A stretch of 64,000 nucleotides of DNA from an uncultured delta proteobacterium (GCA_963848295.1 CAWKDB010000002.1:192001-256000); one strand, 5' to 3'; positions 12,358 through 22,652 are shown, counted from the stretch's first letter. Made by a program: numbers and translations. The notes: generated by a model from the sequence alone, not told the origin.

Positions 12358-13410
12358 TCAGGACGCCATCGAAACGATCTCGTCGACGACGCGCTCGAGC
12401 AGCACGCGCTCGCCGAGCTCGCGGCCGAGCGTCTTCATCTGCGGTCCGGTGAACAGATCGCCGGCCGGGCCACCACCCGAGCGCGGCAGCGACAGCAGCG
12501 TGATGTCGCCCTTCAGCGCGCGATCGGCCGCGGCGAGCCGTTGCGTCGCGATCGCGAGCGCGTTCGGGCCGTAGCTCCGCGCCTGCGCGATCAGCTTGTC
12601 GACGATAAACGGTGGGACGCCTAGCCGGCCGTTCCATTCGCTGCGCGGCACGCCGCGATCGCGCAGGACGTGGACGAGCGACAGCTGACGAATGTGGCGC
12701 GCGAGCATGACGACCACGCCGACCGCGCTCTCCCGTTGATCGCATAGCGACACGACCGCGGCGAGCGCCCTGCCCCGATCGGCGGACCCGATCGCATCGG
12801 TCAGCTCGAACACCGACCGTTCGCGCGTGTCGGCGATCAGCTCGTCGACATCGTCGGCGGTCACCGCGCGGCCGGTCGCGAACAAGCCGAGTTGCTCGAG
12901 CGCGAGCGCGAGCCTCGACAGATCCGCGCCGACCGTCTCGATCAGCCGCGTCACCGCCGGTCCGTCGATCTTGACGCCGAGCGCGGTCGCTTCGTTGCGC
13001 ACCCACGGCATCAACTGGCGCGGTGCTTCGAGCACGTGCAGGAAGCCCTTCTTCGACAGTGCGGCGAACAGCTTCTGGCGCTTGTCGACCTTCGCGGCGA
13101 CGCCGACCACGACGGTCGACGGGTTAGGCTTGCCGAGATACGCGATCAGCGGCTCGGCGTCGTCGGCCGGCATCGCCGACAAGTCGCGCACGAACACCAT
13201 CCGGCGCTGGCCCATCATCGGCAGCGTCTGGGCGAGCGCGACGATCCGCGCCCCGGACGGCTTGCCCTCGACGACGTCGTAGTTGAAGCCGCGGGTCTCG
13301 GGCGGCACCGCGGCGTCTCGGATCGCGGTGAGCGCGCGCTCGATCAGGATCGCGTGCTCGGAGTGCAGCACGTAGATCGGATCCAAGCCATCGGCGATGA
13401 GCTCGTGCAC
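12358..13410 (-). CDS. holA: DNA polymerase III subunit delta
   Basis: PIYVLHSE, FNYDV, AQTLPMMGQRRMV, VDKRQK, VFELTDAIG, ADRALKG. Confidence 0.9.
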   Translation of the reverse strand: MHELIADGLDPIYVLHSEHAILIERALTAIRDAAVPPETRGFNYDVVEGKPSGARIVALAQTLPMMGQRRMVFVRDLSAMPADDAEPLIAYLGKPNPSTVVVGVAAKVDKRQKLFAALSKKGFLHVLEAPRQLMPWVRNEATALGVKIDGPAVTRLIETVGADLSRLALALEQLGLFATGRAVTADDVDELIADTRERSVFELTDAIGSADRGRALAAVVSLCDQRESAVGVVVMLARHIRQLSLVHVLRDRGVPRSEWNGRLGVPPFIVDKLIAQARSYGPNALAIATQRLAAADRALKGDITLLSLPRSGGGPAGDLFTGPQMKTLGRELGERVLLERVVDEIVSMAS

Positions 13411-13424
13411 GCTGGCAACCTAGC

Positions 13425-13490
13425 AGATCGTGGACGTGGACGTGGACGTGCACGTGACACGTGGCACGTGCACGTACACGTACACGATCT
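13425..13490. repeat. Imperfect 66-bp palindrome built of GTGGAC/GTGCAC/GTACAC hexamers
   Basis: AGATCGTGGACGTGGACGTGGACGTGCACGTG...CACGTGCACGTACACGTACACGATCT; terminal AGATCGTG/CACGATCT are exact inverted repeats. Confidence 0.85.
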
Positions 13491-13506
13491 CCGGTAGTCT
13501 CGATCC

Positions 13507-14841
13507 GTGGATAGCGTCGTCATCACCGCCGACCGCGCCCTCGTCGAGGGCGAGTCCTGCCTCGCGACCGCGGTGCTCGCGATCGACGGCGCGATCGCGC
13601 TGGTCGGTGACCCGGCCATCGTCCTCGCCGATCCGCGCGCCGCCGGCGCGCGGCGCCTCGACTGGCACCGCCGCGCCATGGTGCCCGGGACGATCAACAC
13701 CCACAACCACAGCTTTCAGTCGCTGCTGCGCGGCATCGGCGACGACCTGCCGTTCCTCGAGTGGCGCGACAAGGCGCTGTATCGCTACTCGCCGAGGCTC
13801 GGCGCCGATGACATGGCGACCGCGGCGTTGTTCGCGTTCGGCGAGATGCTGCTCCACGGGGTCACGACGGTCTGCGATTTCTACTATCTCAACGCGCAAG
13901 CCAACGACAACGCGTCGGCGACGATCGAGGCGGCGCGGCGGCTCGGCATTCGTATCGTGCTCGCCCGTTGTTTCTACGATTGGGACGGCGCGCCCGCCGC
14001 TTATCGCGAGACCGTGGCACAAGCGACCTCGAACTTCGAGGCGCTGCACGCGCACTATCGCGATCCGGTGCGCCAGCTCGTCACGATCCAACCCGCGCCG
14101 CACAGCCAGCATGGCGCGACGCCCGCGATGATCGAAGCTGGGGCCGGCTGCGCACGCGATGCCGGCGTCCCGTGGCACATCCATCTCGCCGAGGAGCACT
14201 ACCAAGTCGACGAGTCGCTCCGCCGGTTCGGCAAGCGACCGCTGCACGCGGTGGCCGAGCTGCCGGTCGACCTCGCGCAGATGATCGCGGTGCACGGCTG
14301 CTGGTTCGACGACGGCGAGCGCGCGCTGCTCGCCGAGCGCGGCGGCAGCCTCGCGTATTGCCCGGGTTCGAACATGTTCCTCGGCGACGGCACGACCGAC
14401 CTCGTCGACCTCGTCGCGCGCGGTGTGCGAGTCGGCCTCGGCACCGATGGCGGCTGCTCGAACAACAGGGTCAGTGTGTTCGACGAGATGCGGATGGCCG
14501 CGCTGCTGCAGAAGGTCCATCGCACCGACGGCCAGGCGATCGACGCGGAGACCTGCTTCCGGCTCGGCACCCGGACCGCAGGCGAAGTGTTGCGCCTCCC
14601 GGTCGGCCGGATCGCGTCAGGCTTTCGCTGCGATCTGGTCGCGCTCGACCTCGACGATCCGTCGCTGTGGCCGGTCCAGGCCCTCGAAAAGAATGCGGTC
14701 TACGCGCTGTCGTCTCGCGCGATCTCCGACGTCGTGGTAGATGGTCAGGAGGTCGTCTCCGCGCGGCGTCTGCGTCATGTCCAGCTCGACGAAATCCAGG
14801 CCCGCGTCGCCGACCTCACCCGAGGCTGGCTCCGAGACTAG
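13507..14841 (+). CDS. Metal-dependent amidohydrolase (MTA/SAH/purine deaminase-like)
   Basis: PGTINTHNH (HxH), APHS, HIHLAE, AVHGCW, CPGSNM, LGTDG. Confidence 0.9.
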   Translation: MDSVVITADRALVEGESCLATAVLAIDGAIALVGDPAIVLADPRAAGARRLDWHRRAMVPGTINTHNHSFQSLLRGIGDDLPFLEWRDKALYRYSPRLGADDMATAALFAFGEMLLHGVTTVCDFYYLNAQANDNASATIEAARRLGIRIVLARCFYDWDGAPAAYRETVAQATSNFEALHAHYRDPVRQLVTIQPAPHSQHGATPAMIEAGAGCARDAGVPWHIHLAEEHYQVDESLRRFGKRPLHAVAELPVDLAQMIAVHGCWFDDGERALLAERGGSLAYCPGSNMFLGDGTTDLVDLVARGVRVGLGTDGGCSNNRVSVFDEMRMAALLQKVHRTDGQAIDAETCFRLGTRTAGEVLRLPVGRIASGFRCDLVALDLDDPSLWPVQALEKNAVYALSSRAISDVVVDGQEVVSARRLRHVQLDEIQARVADLTRGWLRD

Positions 14842-15616
14842 CAAACAGGGTGAGGGCGAAGACGGCTACGAGCCGCGGCGGCCGCGCGCGCCCGGTGGCT
14901 CGATCGAGGTCGAGCTCGAGCCACAACACCAGCGGCCGCTGGGCTGGGCGGTGTTCGGGCTCATCGTCGGCGCGGTATTGATCTGGCAGTTCGGCGCCGT
15001 CGCGGTGTGGGGCGGGATCGTGCTCGTCGTGGTCGGCAGCTTCGGTGCGTGGGAGGCGGCGGTGTCGTACTTGCGGCCGGCTGGCTCGATCATCGTGTCG
15101 GAGCACGAGGTCGTATTGCCGCGCGGCCTGCACATGACCAAGCCGGTGACCGCGCCACCCGGTGCCGTGACCGCGGTGTACTTCCTGCGCAAGTCGGTCC
15201 CGTGGAATCGCGCGTCGCCGATCCTGATCGTCGAGATCGGCGGTCGCGCGATGGCGTTCCCGCGCGAGTGGTTCGCGTCGGAGGCCGATCAGAAGCACAT
15301 CGTGCACGCGCTCGTGCGCTTCCGCGAGGCGAACGCGAGCTCGGTCGCGCCCGACGGCAAGGTCGAGAGCGACGGGCCCGGCCTGCCCCCGGCCGGCAGC
15401 CGGGCCGAATGGGCCCGCGGTCCGATCGACGATGGTCGAGGCGCCGCGTTCGCCGAGATGGCCGCCGGCGCTGCGCTCGTCGTGCTCGGCGTCGTGATCA
15501 CGGTCGCCGCGTTGCCCACGTTCCTGACGGCCACGAAGGCTCAGTTCGTGGTCGCGTTCGCGCCGATCGCGGTCGGTGCGATGTTGTTCTGGCGCGGCGT
15601 CACCCGGCTCGGCTGA
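14777..15616 (+). CDS. Hypothetical membrane protein (about 4 TM) carrying the intragenic element
   Basis: Two N-terminal and two C-terminal hydrophobic helices; start uncertain because it overlaps the upstream gene. Confidence 0.65.
   Translation: MSSSTKSRPASPTSPEAGSETSKQGEGEDGYEPRRPRAPGGSIEVELEPQHQRPLGWAVFGLIVGAVLIWQFGAVAVWGGIVLVVVGSFGAWEAAVSYLRPAGSIIVSEHEVVLPRGLHMTKPVTAPPGAVTAVYFLRKSVPWNRASPILIVEIGGRAMAFPREWFASEADQKHIVHALVRFREANASSVAPDGKVESDGPGLPPAGSRAEWARGPIDDGRGAAFAEMAAGAALVVLGVVITVAALPTFLTATKAQFVVAFAPIAVGAMLFWRGVTRLG
15374..15429 (+). mobile_element. Intragenic double-hairpin element, copy 1
   Basis: GGGCCCGGCCTGCCCCCGGCCGGCAGCCGGGCCGAATGGGCCCGCGGTCCGATCGA; gapless 42/56 to the ribE copy; CGAC repeated 57 nt apart (15370-15373 and 15427-15430). 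Confidence 0.75.
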
Positions 15617-16766
15617 GTCGCAGCACGACCTCGACGTGCGAGGTCTGCGGCATCAAATCGAGGGGCCACGCCCGGTCGGCGCGATAGCCGGCGGCGACGA
15701 GGCGCTCGGCGTCGCGGGCCAGCGTCGCCGGATCGCACGACACGTAGACGATCGTGCGTGGCGCTGCGCGCACGATGCCCGCGATCGCTTCGGCGGCCCC
15801 GGTGCGCGGCGGGTCGAGCGCGATCGCATCGAACGATCGGCCGGCTGCGGCGAGCCGGTCGAGCACGGCGTCGGCGCGGCCGACCTCGAATCCCGCCGGC
15901 GGCCTCGCGGGCAGCGCGCCATCGCTCGGCGTGACCTCCCACCCGTCGCCGCGGAACGCGCGCGTGACGTTGCCCGCGCCGGCGTAGAGCTCGAGCAACC
16001 TGCCCGGGCCCGCGCCGAGCGCGGTCCGCGCGACCGCGACGAGCGCGCGATTGCCCGCGAGGCTCGCCTGCGCGAAGTCCCACGGCCCGCCCCACAACCC
16101 CGGCTCGAGCTCGATCACCGGCTCGCCGTGGGCCACGTCGCCAGCGATGACTCCGACGATGTCGGCCCGGCCGACGAGCTGCCCGGCCGCGCGCCATGGC
16201 TTCTCGATCCCGATCGCGACCTCGCCGCTCTCGCCGCGGACGACCGCGACCTCGCCGTCGGGGAGCGACGAGCCGAACAGCACCGCCATCGCCCGGTCGA
16301 GCCCGTGCTCGAGTTGGCCGCAGCTGGTCAGCCGGACGAGCTTGCGCGAGCCCGCCGCGTACAAACCGAGTACACCCCCCGCGACGTGAAAGCGCGCGCG
16401 CCGGCGCCAACCGTAAGGCGCGACCGGGTCCGCGATCGGCTCGATGACCAGCCCGTCGAGCTTGCGCAGCGCGCCGGCGACGATCGCGTGCTTCGCCGCG
16501 AGCTGAGCCGCGCGAGCGACGTGCTGCCACTGGCAGCCGCCGCAGCCTTCCGCGAAGTGCGGGCACGGCGGCACGACCCGCGATCGCGACGCCGCGACGA
16601 GCTCGACGACCTCGCCGCGCGCGAACGACGCCTTGGCCTTGCCGATCGCGACGCGTACGCGATCGCCGGGCGCGGTGCGGGGCACGAACACGACCCGACC
16701 TTCGCCATCGCGCGCGACGCCGTCGCCACCGGCCGCGAGCGCGGTGATGTCGAGCTCGGTGGTCAT
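15600..16766 (-). CDS. rlmD: TRAM-domain RNA m5U methyltransferase (RlmD/TrmA family)
   Basis: GGDGVAR, VFVPRTAPGD, CPHFAEGCGGCQWQH (Fe-S), LELYAGAG, LDPPRTG, YVSCDPATLARD, MPQTSHVE. Confidence 0.88.
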   Translation of the reverse strand: MTTELDITALAAGGDGVARDGEGRVVFVPRTAPGDRVRVAIGKAKASFARGEVVELVAASRSRVVPPCPHFAEGCGGCQWQHVARAAQLAAKHAIVAGALRKLDGLVIEPIADPVAPYGWRRRARFHVAGGVLGLYAAGSRKLVRLTSCGQLEHGLDRAMAVLFGSSLPDGEVAVVRGESGEVAIGIEKPWRAAGQLVGRADIVGVIAGDVAHGEPVIELEPGLWGGPWDFAQASLAGNRALVAVARTALGAGPGRLLELYAGAGNVTRAFRGDGWEVTPSDGALPARPPAGFEVGRADAVLDRLAAAGRSFDAIALDPPRTGAAEAIAGIVRAAPRTIVYVSCDPATLARDAERLVAAGYRADRAWPLDLMPQTSHVEVVLRLSRAG

Positions 16767-17515
16767 CGGTACGCGCCGCCCGGCGGCAGCGGCACGATCG
16801 GCGTCCCGCGGGGTGCGGCGAGCATGCGATCGGCGCGGCCGTTGCGCACCGCGATCTCGACGGTGCGCGCCGAGCCGACATACGCGACGAGCTCGCCGAG
16901 CGGCACGTCTTCGTACGTGCGCGCGAGCGGCAGCGCGCGACCCGCGATCGCGACCACGGCGCCTGCTTCGTCGCGCGGCAGGTCGGTGATGAGGTTGCCG
17001 TACGCGTCGATGTGCACGACCCGGCCCTCGCCCGCCGGCCGCGGCCCCCACGCGAGCGCGCCCTCGAGCGTCATGTCGGGCCCGATCTGATCGGGGTGCT
17101 TGCCGAGCGCGAGCGCTGCCCCGACCTGGGCGAAGATGTCGCGACCGTGGAACGTGGCGCTGATCTCGGGGGCGAGCATCGCGCGATTCTCGATCGCCCA
17201 CGCCCGTTCGATCGGCAGATAGCCGAACAACCCGTTGTCCGGGCCGACGTAGTAAGCACCCTCGGAGCGCACGATCGCGCCGCGGCGCGCCCCGCCGACG
17301 CCCGGATCGACGACCGCGACATGGATCGTGCCGGCGGGAAACTCGCGGCACGCGGTCGCGACCACCCACGCACCGTGCGCGATGTCGTGCGGCGGCACGT
17401 CGTGGGCGATGTCGATCACGCGCGCATCCGGAGCGAGCCGGATGACGACGCCCTTCATCGCGCCGACGTATCCGTCGCGTGTACCGAAATCGGTGGTCAG
17501 CGTGATGATCGGCAT
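16763..17515 (-). CDS. SAM hydroxide adenosyltransferase (DUF62; chlorinase/fluorinase family)
   Basis: [45 protein letters not shown] overlap with the methyltransferase. Confidence 0.92.
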   Translation of the reverse strand: MPIITLTTDFGTRDGYVGAMKGVVIRLAPDARVIDIAHDVPPHDIAHGAWVVATACREFPAGTIHVAVVDPGVGGARRGAIVRSEGAYYVGPDNGLFGYLPIERAWAIENRAMLAPEISATFHGRDIFAQVGAALALGKHPDQIGPDMTLEGALAWGPRPAGEGRVVHIDAYGNLITDLPRDEAGAVVAIAGRALPLARTYEDVPLGELVAYVGSARTVEIAVRNGRADRMLAAPRGTPIVPLPPGGAYR

Positions 17516-17541
17516 CGCATCCAGAGGTAAGCATACAGCCG

Positions 17542-18246
17542 ATGAACAAGGTCTACCCGGACGCCGTGGCCGCCCTCGCCGACGTGACCGACGGAGTGAC
17601 GATCCTCGCCGGCGGCTTCGGGCTGTCCGGCAACCCCGAGAACTGCATCCGCGAGCTCGCGCGCAAGAAGGTCAACGGGCTGACGATCGTGTCGAACAAC
17701 TGCGGCACGACCGACCAGGGCCTCGGCATCTTGTTAGCGCAGGGCCAGGTCAAGAAGATGGTCTCGTCGTACGTCGGCGAGAACAAGGTGTTCGAGCAGC
17801 TGTTCCTGGCCGGCAAGCTCGAGGTCGAGCTCTGTCCGCAAGGCACGCTCGCCGAACGCCTGCGCGCGGGCGGCGCCGGGATCGAGGCGTTCTACACACC
17901 GACCGGCTACGGCACGAAGGTCGCCGACGGCAAGGAGACCCGCGAGCTCGGTGGCAAGCCCTGCGTGCTCGAGCACGCCATCCGCGGCGAGTTCGCGATC
18001 GTCAAGGCCTGGAAGGGCGACAAGTGGGGCAACCTGGTGTTCCGCAAGACGTCGCGCAACTTCAACCCGCTGTGTGCACAGGCCGGCAAGATCACGATCG
18101 TCGAGGTCGAACAGCTCGTCGAGGTCGGGGAGCTCGAGCCCGATCAGGTCCACCTGCCTTCGATCTACGTGCAGCGGATCTTCCAAGGCACCGACTACAA
18201 GAAACCGATCGAGCAGCGGACGGTAAGGAAGCGAGGTGCCGCGTGA
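17542..18246 (+). CDS. scoA: 3-oxoacid CoA-transferase subunit A
   Basis: [38 protein letters not shown]. Confidence 0.93.
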   Translation: MNKVYPDAVAALADVTDGVTILAGGFGLSGNPENCIRELARKKVNGLTIVSNNCGTTDQGLGILLAQGQVKKMVSSYVGENKVFEQLFLAGKLEVELCPQGTLAERLRAGGAGIEAFYTPTGYGTKVADGKETRELGGKPCVLEHAIRGEFAIVKAWKGDKWGNLVFRKTSRNFNPLCAQAGKITIVEVEQLVEVGELEPDQVHLPSIYVQRIFQGTDYKKPIEQRTVRKRGAA

Positions 18247-18902
18247 ACCGCCTCGATCGCGAGCAGATGGCGCGCCGAGTCGCGGCCGAGCTGTCCGATG
18301 GGTTCTACGTCAACCTCGGCATCGGCATGCCGACCCTCGTCGCGAACTTCATCGCGCCGGGCAAAGACATCGTGTTGCAGTCCGAGAACGGCCTCCTCGG
18401 CATCGGCCCGTTTCCCTACGAGGGCGACGAGGATCCGGATCTGATCAACGCGGGCAAGCAGACCGTCACGACGATCGCCGGCTCCGCGTTCTTCGATTCG
18501 GCGCAGTCGTTCGCGATGATCCGCGGCGGCCACGTCGACGTCAGCGTGCTCGGCGCGATGGAGGTCAGTCAATACGGCGACCTCGCGAACTGGATGATCC
18601 CGGGCAAGATGATCAAGGGCATGGGCGGCGCGATGGATCTCGTCGCCGGCAGCCGGCGAGTCATCGTCATGATGGAGCACACGGCGAAGGACGGCAGCTC
18701 GAAGATCTTGCGCGAGTGCTCGCTGCCGCTCACCGGCGTGCGCTGCGTCCATACGATCGTCACGGACCTCGCGGTGATCGACGTTGCAACGACCGGGCTG
18801 GTGCTGCGCGAACGCGCGCCCGGCGTCAGCGCCGACGACATCGCGAAGGCGACCGCCGCGCCGCTCACATGGACCGGCGACGTGCCCGAGATTCGCTGTT
18901 AG
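18243..18902 (+). CDS. scoB: 3-oxoacid CoA-transferase subunit B
   Basis: GTG overlapping the scoA stop; [15 protein letters not shown] (catalytic Glu), GMGGAMDL. Confidence 0.93.
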   Translation: MNRLDREQMARRVAAELSDGFYVNLGIGMPTLVANFIAPGKDIVLQSENGLLGIGPFPYEGDEDPDLINAGKQTVTTIAGSAFFDSAQSFAMIRGGHVDVSVLGAMEVSQYGDLANWMIPGKMIKGMGGAMDLVAGSRRVIVMMEHTAKDGSSKILRECSLPLTGVRCVHTIVTDLAVIDVATTGLVLRERAPGVSADDIAKATAAPLTWTGDVPEIRC

Positions 18903-18908
18903 CGACGG

Positions 18909-21146
18909 CTACGACTTGCAGACCGGGCGCGGATCGAACGGGTCCTGGCCGCCCGGCGGCTGACACGCCGGCTGCTTGGGTTGCTTCGCCTGCTCGATCT
19001 GCTTCGGCTGGTTGGCGGTCGAGCTCGCGTGCTCGTGCCTCGTCGTGTTGTTGTGCGTCGGACTCGCTTTGTGCTCGGTGGTGCTCCGGTCGGGCGTGTG
19101 CTCCGGCACGTGGGTGGCAACGTGCTCCTGGCCGTGATCGACGACAGGCGGAGGCGCGACCGGCGTCGGTGCGGTCGGCACGGGCGCGGCCGCCTTCTTG
19201 AGCGGGATGTCCTTCGCGTAGTCTCCGGTCAGGTCGATCTTCGACGCGACCTCGACGTAGCCGTCGAGCTTGATCACGATCGGCGCCATCGTCTCGCCGG
19301 CTTCTTTGATCGTGGCTCCACGCCGGATCTTGGTGTCGAGCGGGGTCACGCCGACCTTCTTGCCGGCGATCAACACGTCGGCGCCGGGCGGATGCGAGAT
19401 CACGTGTAACGCGACGTAGTCATCGACTCCGGGCTCGTTGGTCGTCGGGGATGCAGGGGTCGCGTGGTCAGAGCCGACCGCGTTGTCGGGCGCGGCGACG
19501 ATCGACGCGGCATCCGCGGCGAACATCGCCGGTGTCTCGGAGCCGCGGCCGGTGAGCTTGACCGCGATCAGCGCGACCGCGCCGACGACCACGACGCCGA
19601 GCCCGATGAACAGCGCGCGGCGATTCGGTCGTAGGGTCGGCAGCTCTGTGCCGAGCCCCGAGGACGAGTCGATCTGCGGGAACGACGATTCGCTGCGCGC
19701 CGGCCCCGGGGCGCCGGCGTAGCCGTGCCTCGTGCTCGGAATCGCGGCGCCCGAGCCGGAGGGCGCCGTCGCGAACGCGCCTTGGGACCCGCTGGCCGGT
19801 AACGACAGCGGCTGCGTCCCGGCCGGTATCTGCGTCGGAATCGTGTCTGCGGCAACAGAGGCCGGCGGATACGTACGGCGGCTGAGCGACGGGTCGGAAG
19901 GCATCGCACCCGCCGGTGCGAGTGCCGCCGGCCGCATCGTCGGATACGACTTCGCGTTCCAGTCGGCGGCGTTCGGATCCTCGCGATCGGTGTCGTTGAG
20001 GCCGCGCGGCAGATCGAGCAGCGTCGGCTGCGCGAGCAAGTTGGCTTCGGCGTCGGCGCGCGCGATCGGCGGGAGCTCGGTCGGCAGCGGCCCGCGAATC
20101 GCGCGTTGTGCACCGCTGCCGCGACCGTCGGTCGACGAGATCGTGTTCTCCTTCGGCGGCATCACGGCGTTCATCCGGCCGGTGACGAGCCACGGCTCGG
20201 GGTGCTCGCCGAACATGTCGCGCATGAACCGGCCGAGCGACATCGTCGACAGCGACATCCGCGATGCGACCGCGAAGCTCTCGAGCGCTTCGAGCAGGAA
20301 CGTCGCGCTCTGATAGCGCTGCGAGGCGTCGATCGCGAGCGCCTTCATGACGATCGCCTCGAGCGCTTGCGGATAGCCCTGGACCAGACGCGTCGGCCGT
20401 ACGACGTCGCCGGTGACGATGCGATGCATCGTGTCGAAGTCGCTGTCGGCGCGGAAGCACCGGTGCTGGGTCGTGACCTCGTAGAGGATGATCCCGAGCG
20501 AGAACACGTCGCTGCGCTTGTCGACGTCGCGACCGCGGCATTGCTCGGGCGCCATGTAGGCGAACTTGCCCTTGATGATGCCGCTCTGGGTCTCGACCGA
20601 GCGCTGCGTCGCCTTCGCGATGCCGAAATCGAGCAGCTTGACCGCGCCGTCGTACCCGATCATCAAGTTCGACGGCGACACGTCGCGGTGCACGATGCCG
20701 AGCGGCGTGCCGTCCGGTGCGCGCCGTTCGTGCGCGTGGTTGAGCCCCGACGCGGCGCCGGCGACGATCGTCAGCGCGAGCTCGAGCGGCACCCGCGTGC
20801 CTTGGCTGCCGGCCTTCGCGAGCAACGCGCGCAGGTCCTGGCCGTGCACGTACTCCATCGCGAGGTAGTGGATGCCGGCGTCCTCGCCGACCTCGAACAC
20901 CTGCGCGACGTTCTGGTGGTTGAGCGAAGCGGCGAGCCGCGCTTCGTCCAGGAACATCTGGACCGCGGTCTGATCGTTCGCGCGTTCCGGTGTGATCAGC
21001 TTGAGTACAACGTGGCGTTCGAAGCTACCGATTCCGGTAGAACGTCCGATGTAGATCCGCGCCATGCCGCCCGCCGCGAGCGGCATGAGCAGTTCGTATT
21101 TGCCGAGGCGCGTGGGAATTCCCCCCGCCGGAGCAGCGGCTGGCAC
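18909..21146 (-). CDS. Membrane Ser/Thr protein kinase with extracellular PEGA domain
   Basis: LAAGGMA, HRDVSPSN, DFGIAK, YMAPEQ; Pro-rich linker; TM; VISHPPGADVLIAG...GVTPL (PEGA). Start may extend to 21182. Confidence 0.92.
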   Translation of the reverse strand: MPAAAPAGGIPTRLGKYELLMPLAAGGMARIYIGRSTGIGSFERHVVLKLITPERANDQTAVQMFLDEARLAASLNHQNVAQVFEVGEDAGIHYLAMEYVHGQDLRALLAKAGSQGTRVPLELALTIVAGAASGLNHAHERRAPDGTPLGIVHRDVSPSNLMIGYDGAVKLLDFGIAKATQRSVETQSGIIKGKFAYMAPEQCRGRDVDKRSDVFSLGIILYEVTTQHRCFRADSDFDTMHRIVTGDVVRPTRLVQGYPQALEAIVMKALAIDASQRYQSATFLLEALESFAVASRMSLSTMSLGRFMRDMFGEHPEPWLVTGRMNAVMPPKENTISSTDGRGSGAQRAIRGPLPTELPPIARADAEANLLAQPTLLDLPRGLNDTDREDPNAADWNAKSYPTMRPAALAPAGAMPSDPSLSRRTYPPASVAADTIPTQIPAGTQPLSLPASGSQGAFATAPSGSGAAIPSTRHGYAGAPGPARSESSFPQIDSSSGLGTELPTLRPNRRALFIGLGVVVVGAVALIAVKLTGRGSETPAMFAADAASIVAAPDNAVGSDHATPASPTTNEPGVDDYVALHVISHPPGADVLIAGKKVGVTPLDTKIRRGATIKEAGETMAPIVIKLDGYVEVASKIDLTGDYAKDIPLKKAAAPVPTAPTPVAPPPVVDHGQEHVATHVPEHTPDRSTTEHKASPTHNNTTRHEHASSTANQPKQIEQAKQPKQPACQPPGGQDPFDPRPVCKS

Positions 21147-21254
21147 GTTATCGATCGTTCCATCGCGTGCGCACCAAGTCAAGCAATGCCGCGGAACCTC
21201 AGTGCTAACCGAATAGATCTTCGCTCGATGTAGGGCGAGGTCGTAGTCGCGCGA

Positions 21255-22646
21255 TCACTTTCCGGCGAGCATCATGTGGGATACTCGGAACGTCGGCGCC
21301 GCGGTCGAGCTGCGCAGCTCGAGGTCGTCGGCCACCGCATCGATTCGCTTGAGGATCTGGTCGAAGTTCGCCGCGATCGTGACCTCGCTGACCGGGAACG
21401 TCAGCTCGCCGCCCTCGATCCAGAAGCCTTGGGCGCCGCGCGAGAAGTCGCCGGTGACCGGATTGAAGCCGAACCCGAGCAGCTGCGTCACGTAGAGGCC
21501 ACGCGGAGTCTGCCGCAGCAAGTCCGAACGCGTCATCGCGCCCTTGGCCATGATTAGGTTCGTCGTCGTCGGGCCGGGGCTGCCGCCGACGCCCCGCCCG
21601 GCCGATCCGGTCGATGCGCGACCGAGCTTGTTCGCGCTGTAGACGTCGCACAACACCGGCGCGAGCACGCCGCGATCGAGCACCGAGTTCTTGCGGGTCG
21701 CCAGGCCGTCGCCGTCGAACGGCTTCGAGCCCGGTGCGCGCGCGATCAGCGGATCGTCGGTGATCGTGACGAGCGGCGACGCGATCAGCTCGCCCTCTTT
21801 GCCGACGAGGTAGGTCGACTTGCGCCAGAACGCCGAGCCGTTCGCGACCGAGAACAGCGTACCGACGATCGCACGCGCGACCTCGGGATCGAACACGACC
21901 GCGCACTCCTGGGTGTCGACCTTGCGCGAGCCGAGCGTCGCGACGGTGCGCCGCGCGGCCTCGATGCCGACTTGCTCGGCCGGCTCGAGCGACGCGAGGA
22001 ACCGCGACGACGAGTACCAGAACCCGTTGCGCTTCTTCGGATTGCCCGGCTCGCTGTCGTCATCGCACAGCGGCTCGACGACGATCGACGCATAGCTACC
22101 GCGATAGCCGCCGGAGAACCCCCCCGACGTCGCGAAGGCGGTGCCGCCGATCACGCGCGACCACGTGCCGCCCTCGGAGTTGGTCACGCGCTTGTCGTGC
22201 TTGCGCGCCGCGGCCTCGCCCGCGATCGCTTGCTCGAGCGCCCACGCCGCATCGACTTCGGCGACCGCGGGGTCGTAGAGATCGAGCTCGGGCAGCGAGG
22301 TCGCGAGCAGCTTCGGATCCGGTGGCAGCGCGCATTCGTCGGGCTCGGCGAGCTCGGCGAGCGTCACGGTCTCGCGGCACAGCGCCTCGAGCGCGTCGCG
22401 GCGCAGATCGCTCGTGTAGGTCGTCGCTCGGCGCGCGCCGCGGATGACGCGCAAGCCGAGCGCGCGGCTACCGGCCTCTTGCACGAGCTCGGGCTCGCCG
22501 AGCCGGACCTTCGCGGTCAGCTCGCTGCCGTCGCGGACGAGCGCCTCGACATGATCGGCGCCGGCTTTCTTCGCGAGCTCGACCGCGAGCTCGGCGAGGC
22601 CGCGCAGCTCTTTGATCGTCGCTTCGGTTACCTGTGCTGCAGACAT
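21255..22646 (-). CDS. pmbA: TldE/PmbA family protein
   Basis: ALGLRV, FDPEVA, PFDGDG, NPVTGDFS, EVTIAAN; no HExxxH. Confidence 0.9.
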   Translation of the reverse strand: MSAAQVTEATIKELRGLAELAVELAKKAGADHVEALVRDGSELTAKVRLGEPELVQEAGSRALGLRVIRGARRATTYTSDLRRDALEALCRETVTLAELAEPDECALPPDPKLLATSLPELDLYDPAVAEVDAAWALEQAIAGEAAARKHDKRVTNSEGGTWSRVIGGTAFATSGGFSGGYRGSYASIVVEPLCDDDSEPGNPKKRNGFWYSSSRFLASLEPAEQVGIEAARRTVATLGSRKVDTQECAVVFDPEVARAIVGTLFSVANGSAFWRKSTYLVGKEGELIASPLVTITDDPLIARAPGSKPFDGDGLATRKNSVLDRGVLAPVLCDVYSANKLGRASTGSAGRGVGGSPGPTTTNLIMAKGAMTRSDLLRQTPRGLYVTQLLGFGFNPVTGDFSRGAQGFWIEGGELTFPVSEVTIAANFDQILKRIDAVADDLELRSSTAAPTFRVSHMMLAGK

Positions 22647-22652
22647 CGACTT

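Noticed and set aside
16763..17515. Halogenase (fluorinase/chlorinase) biosynthetic gene
   Set aside because: It has the TFHGRD motif of hydroxide adenosyltransferases and no biosynthetic cluster context.
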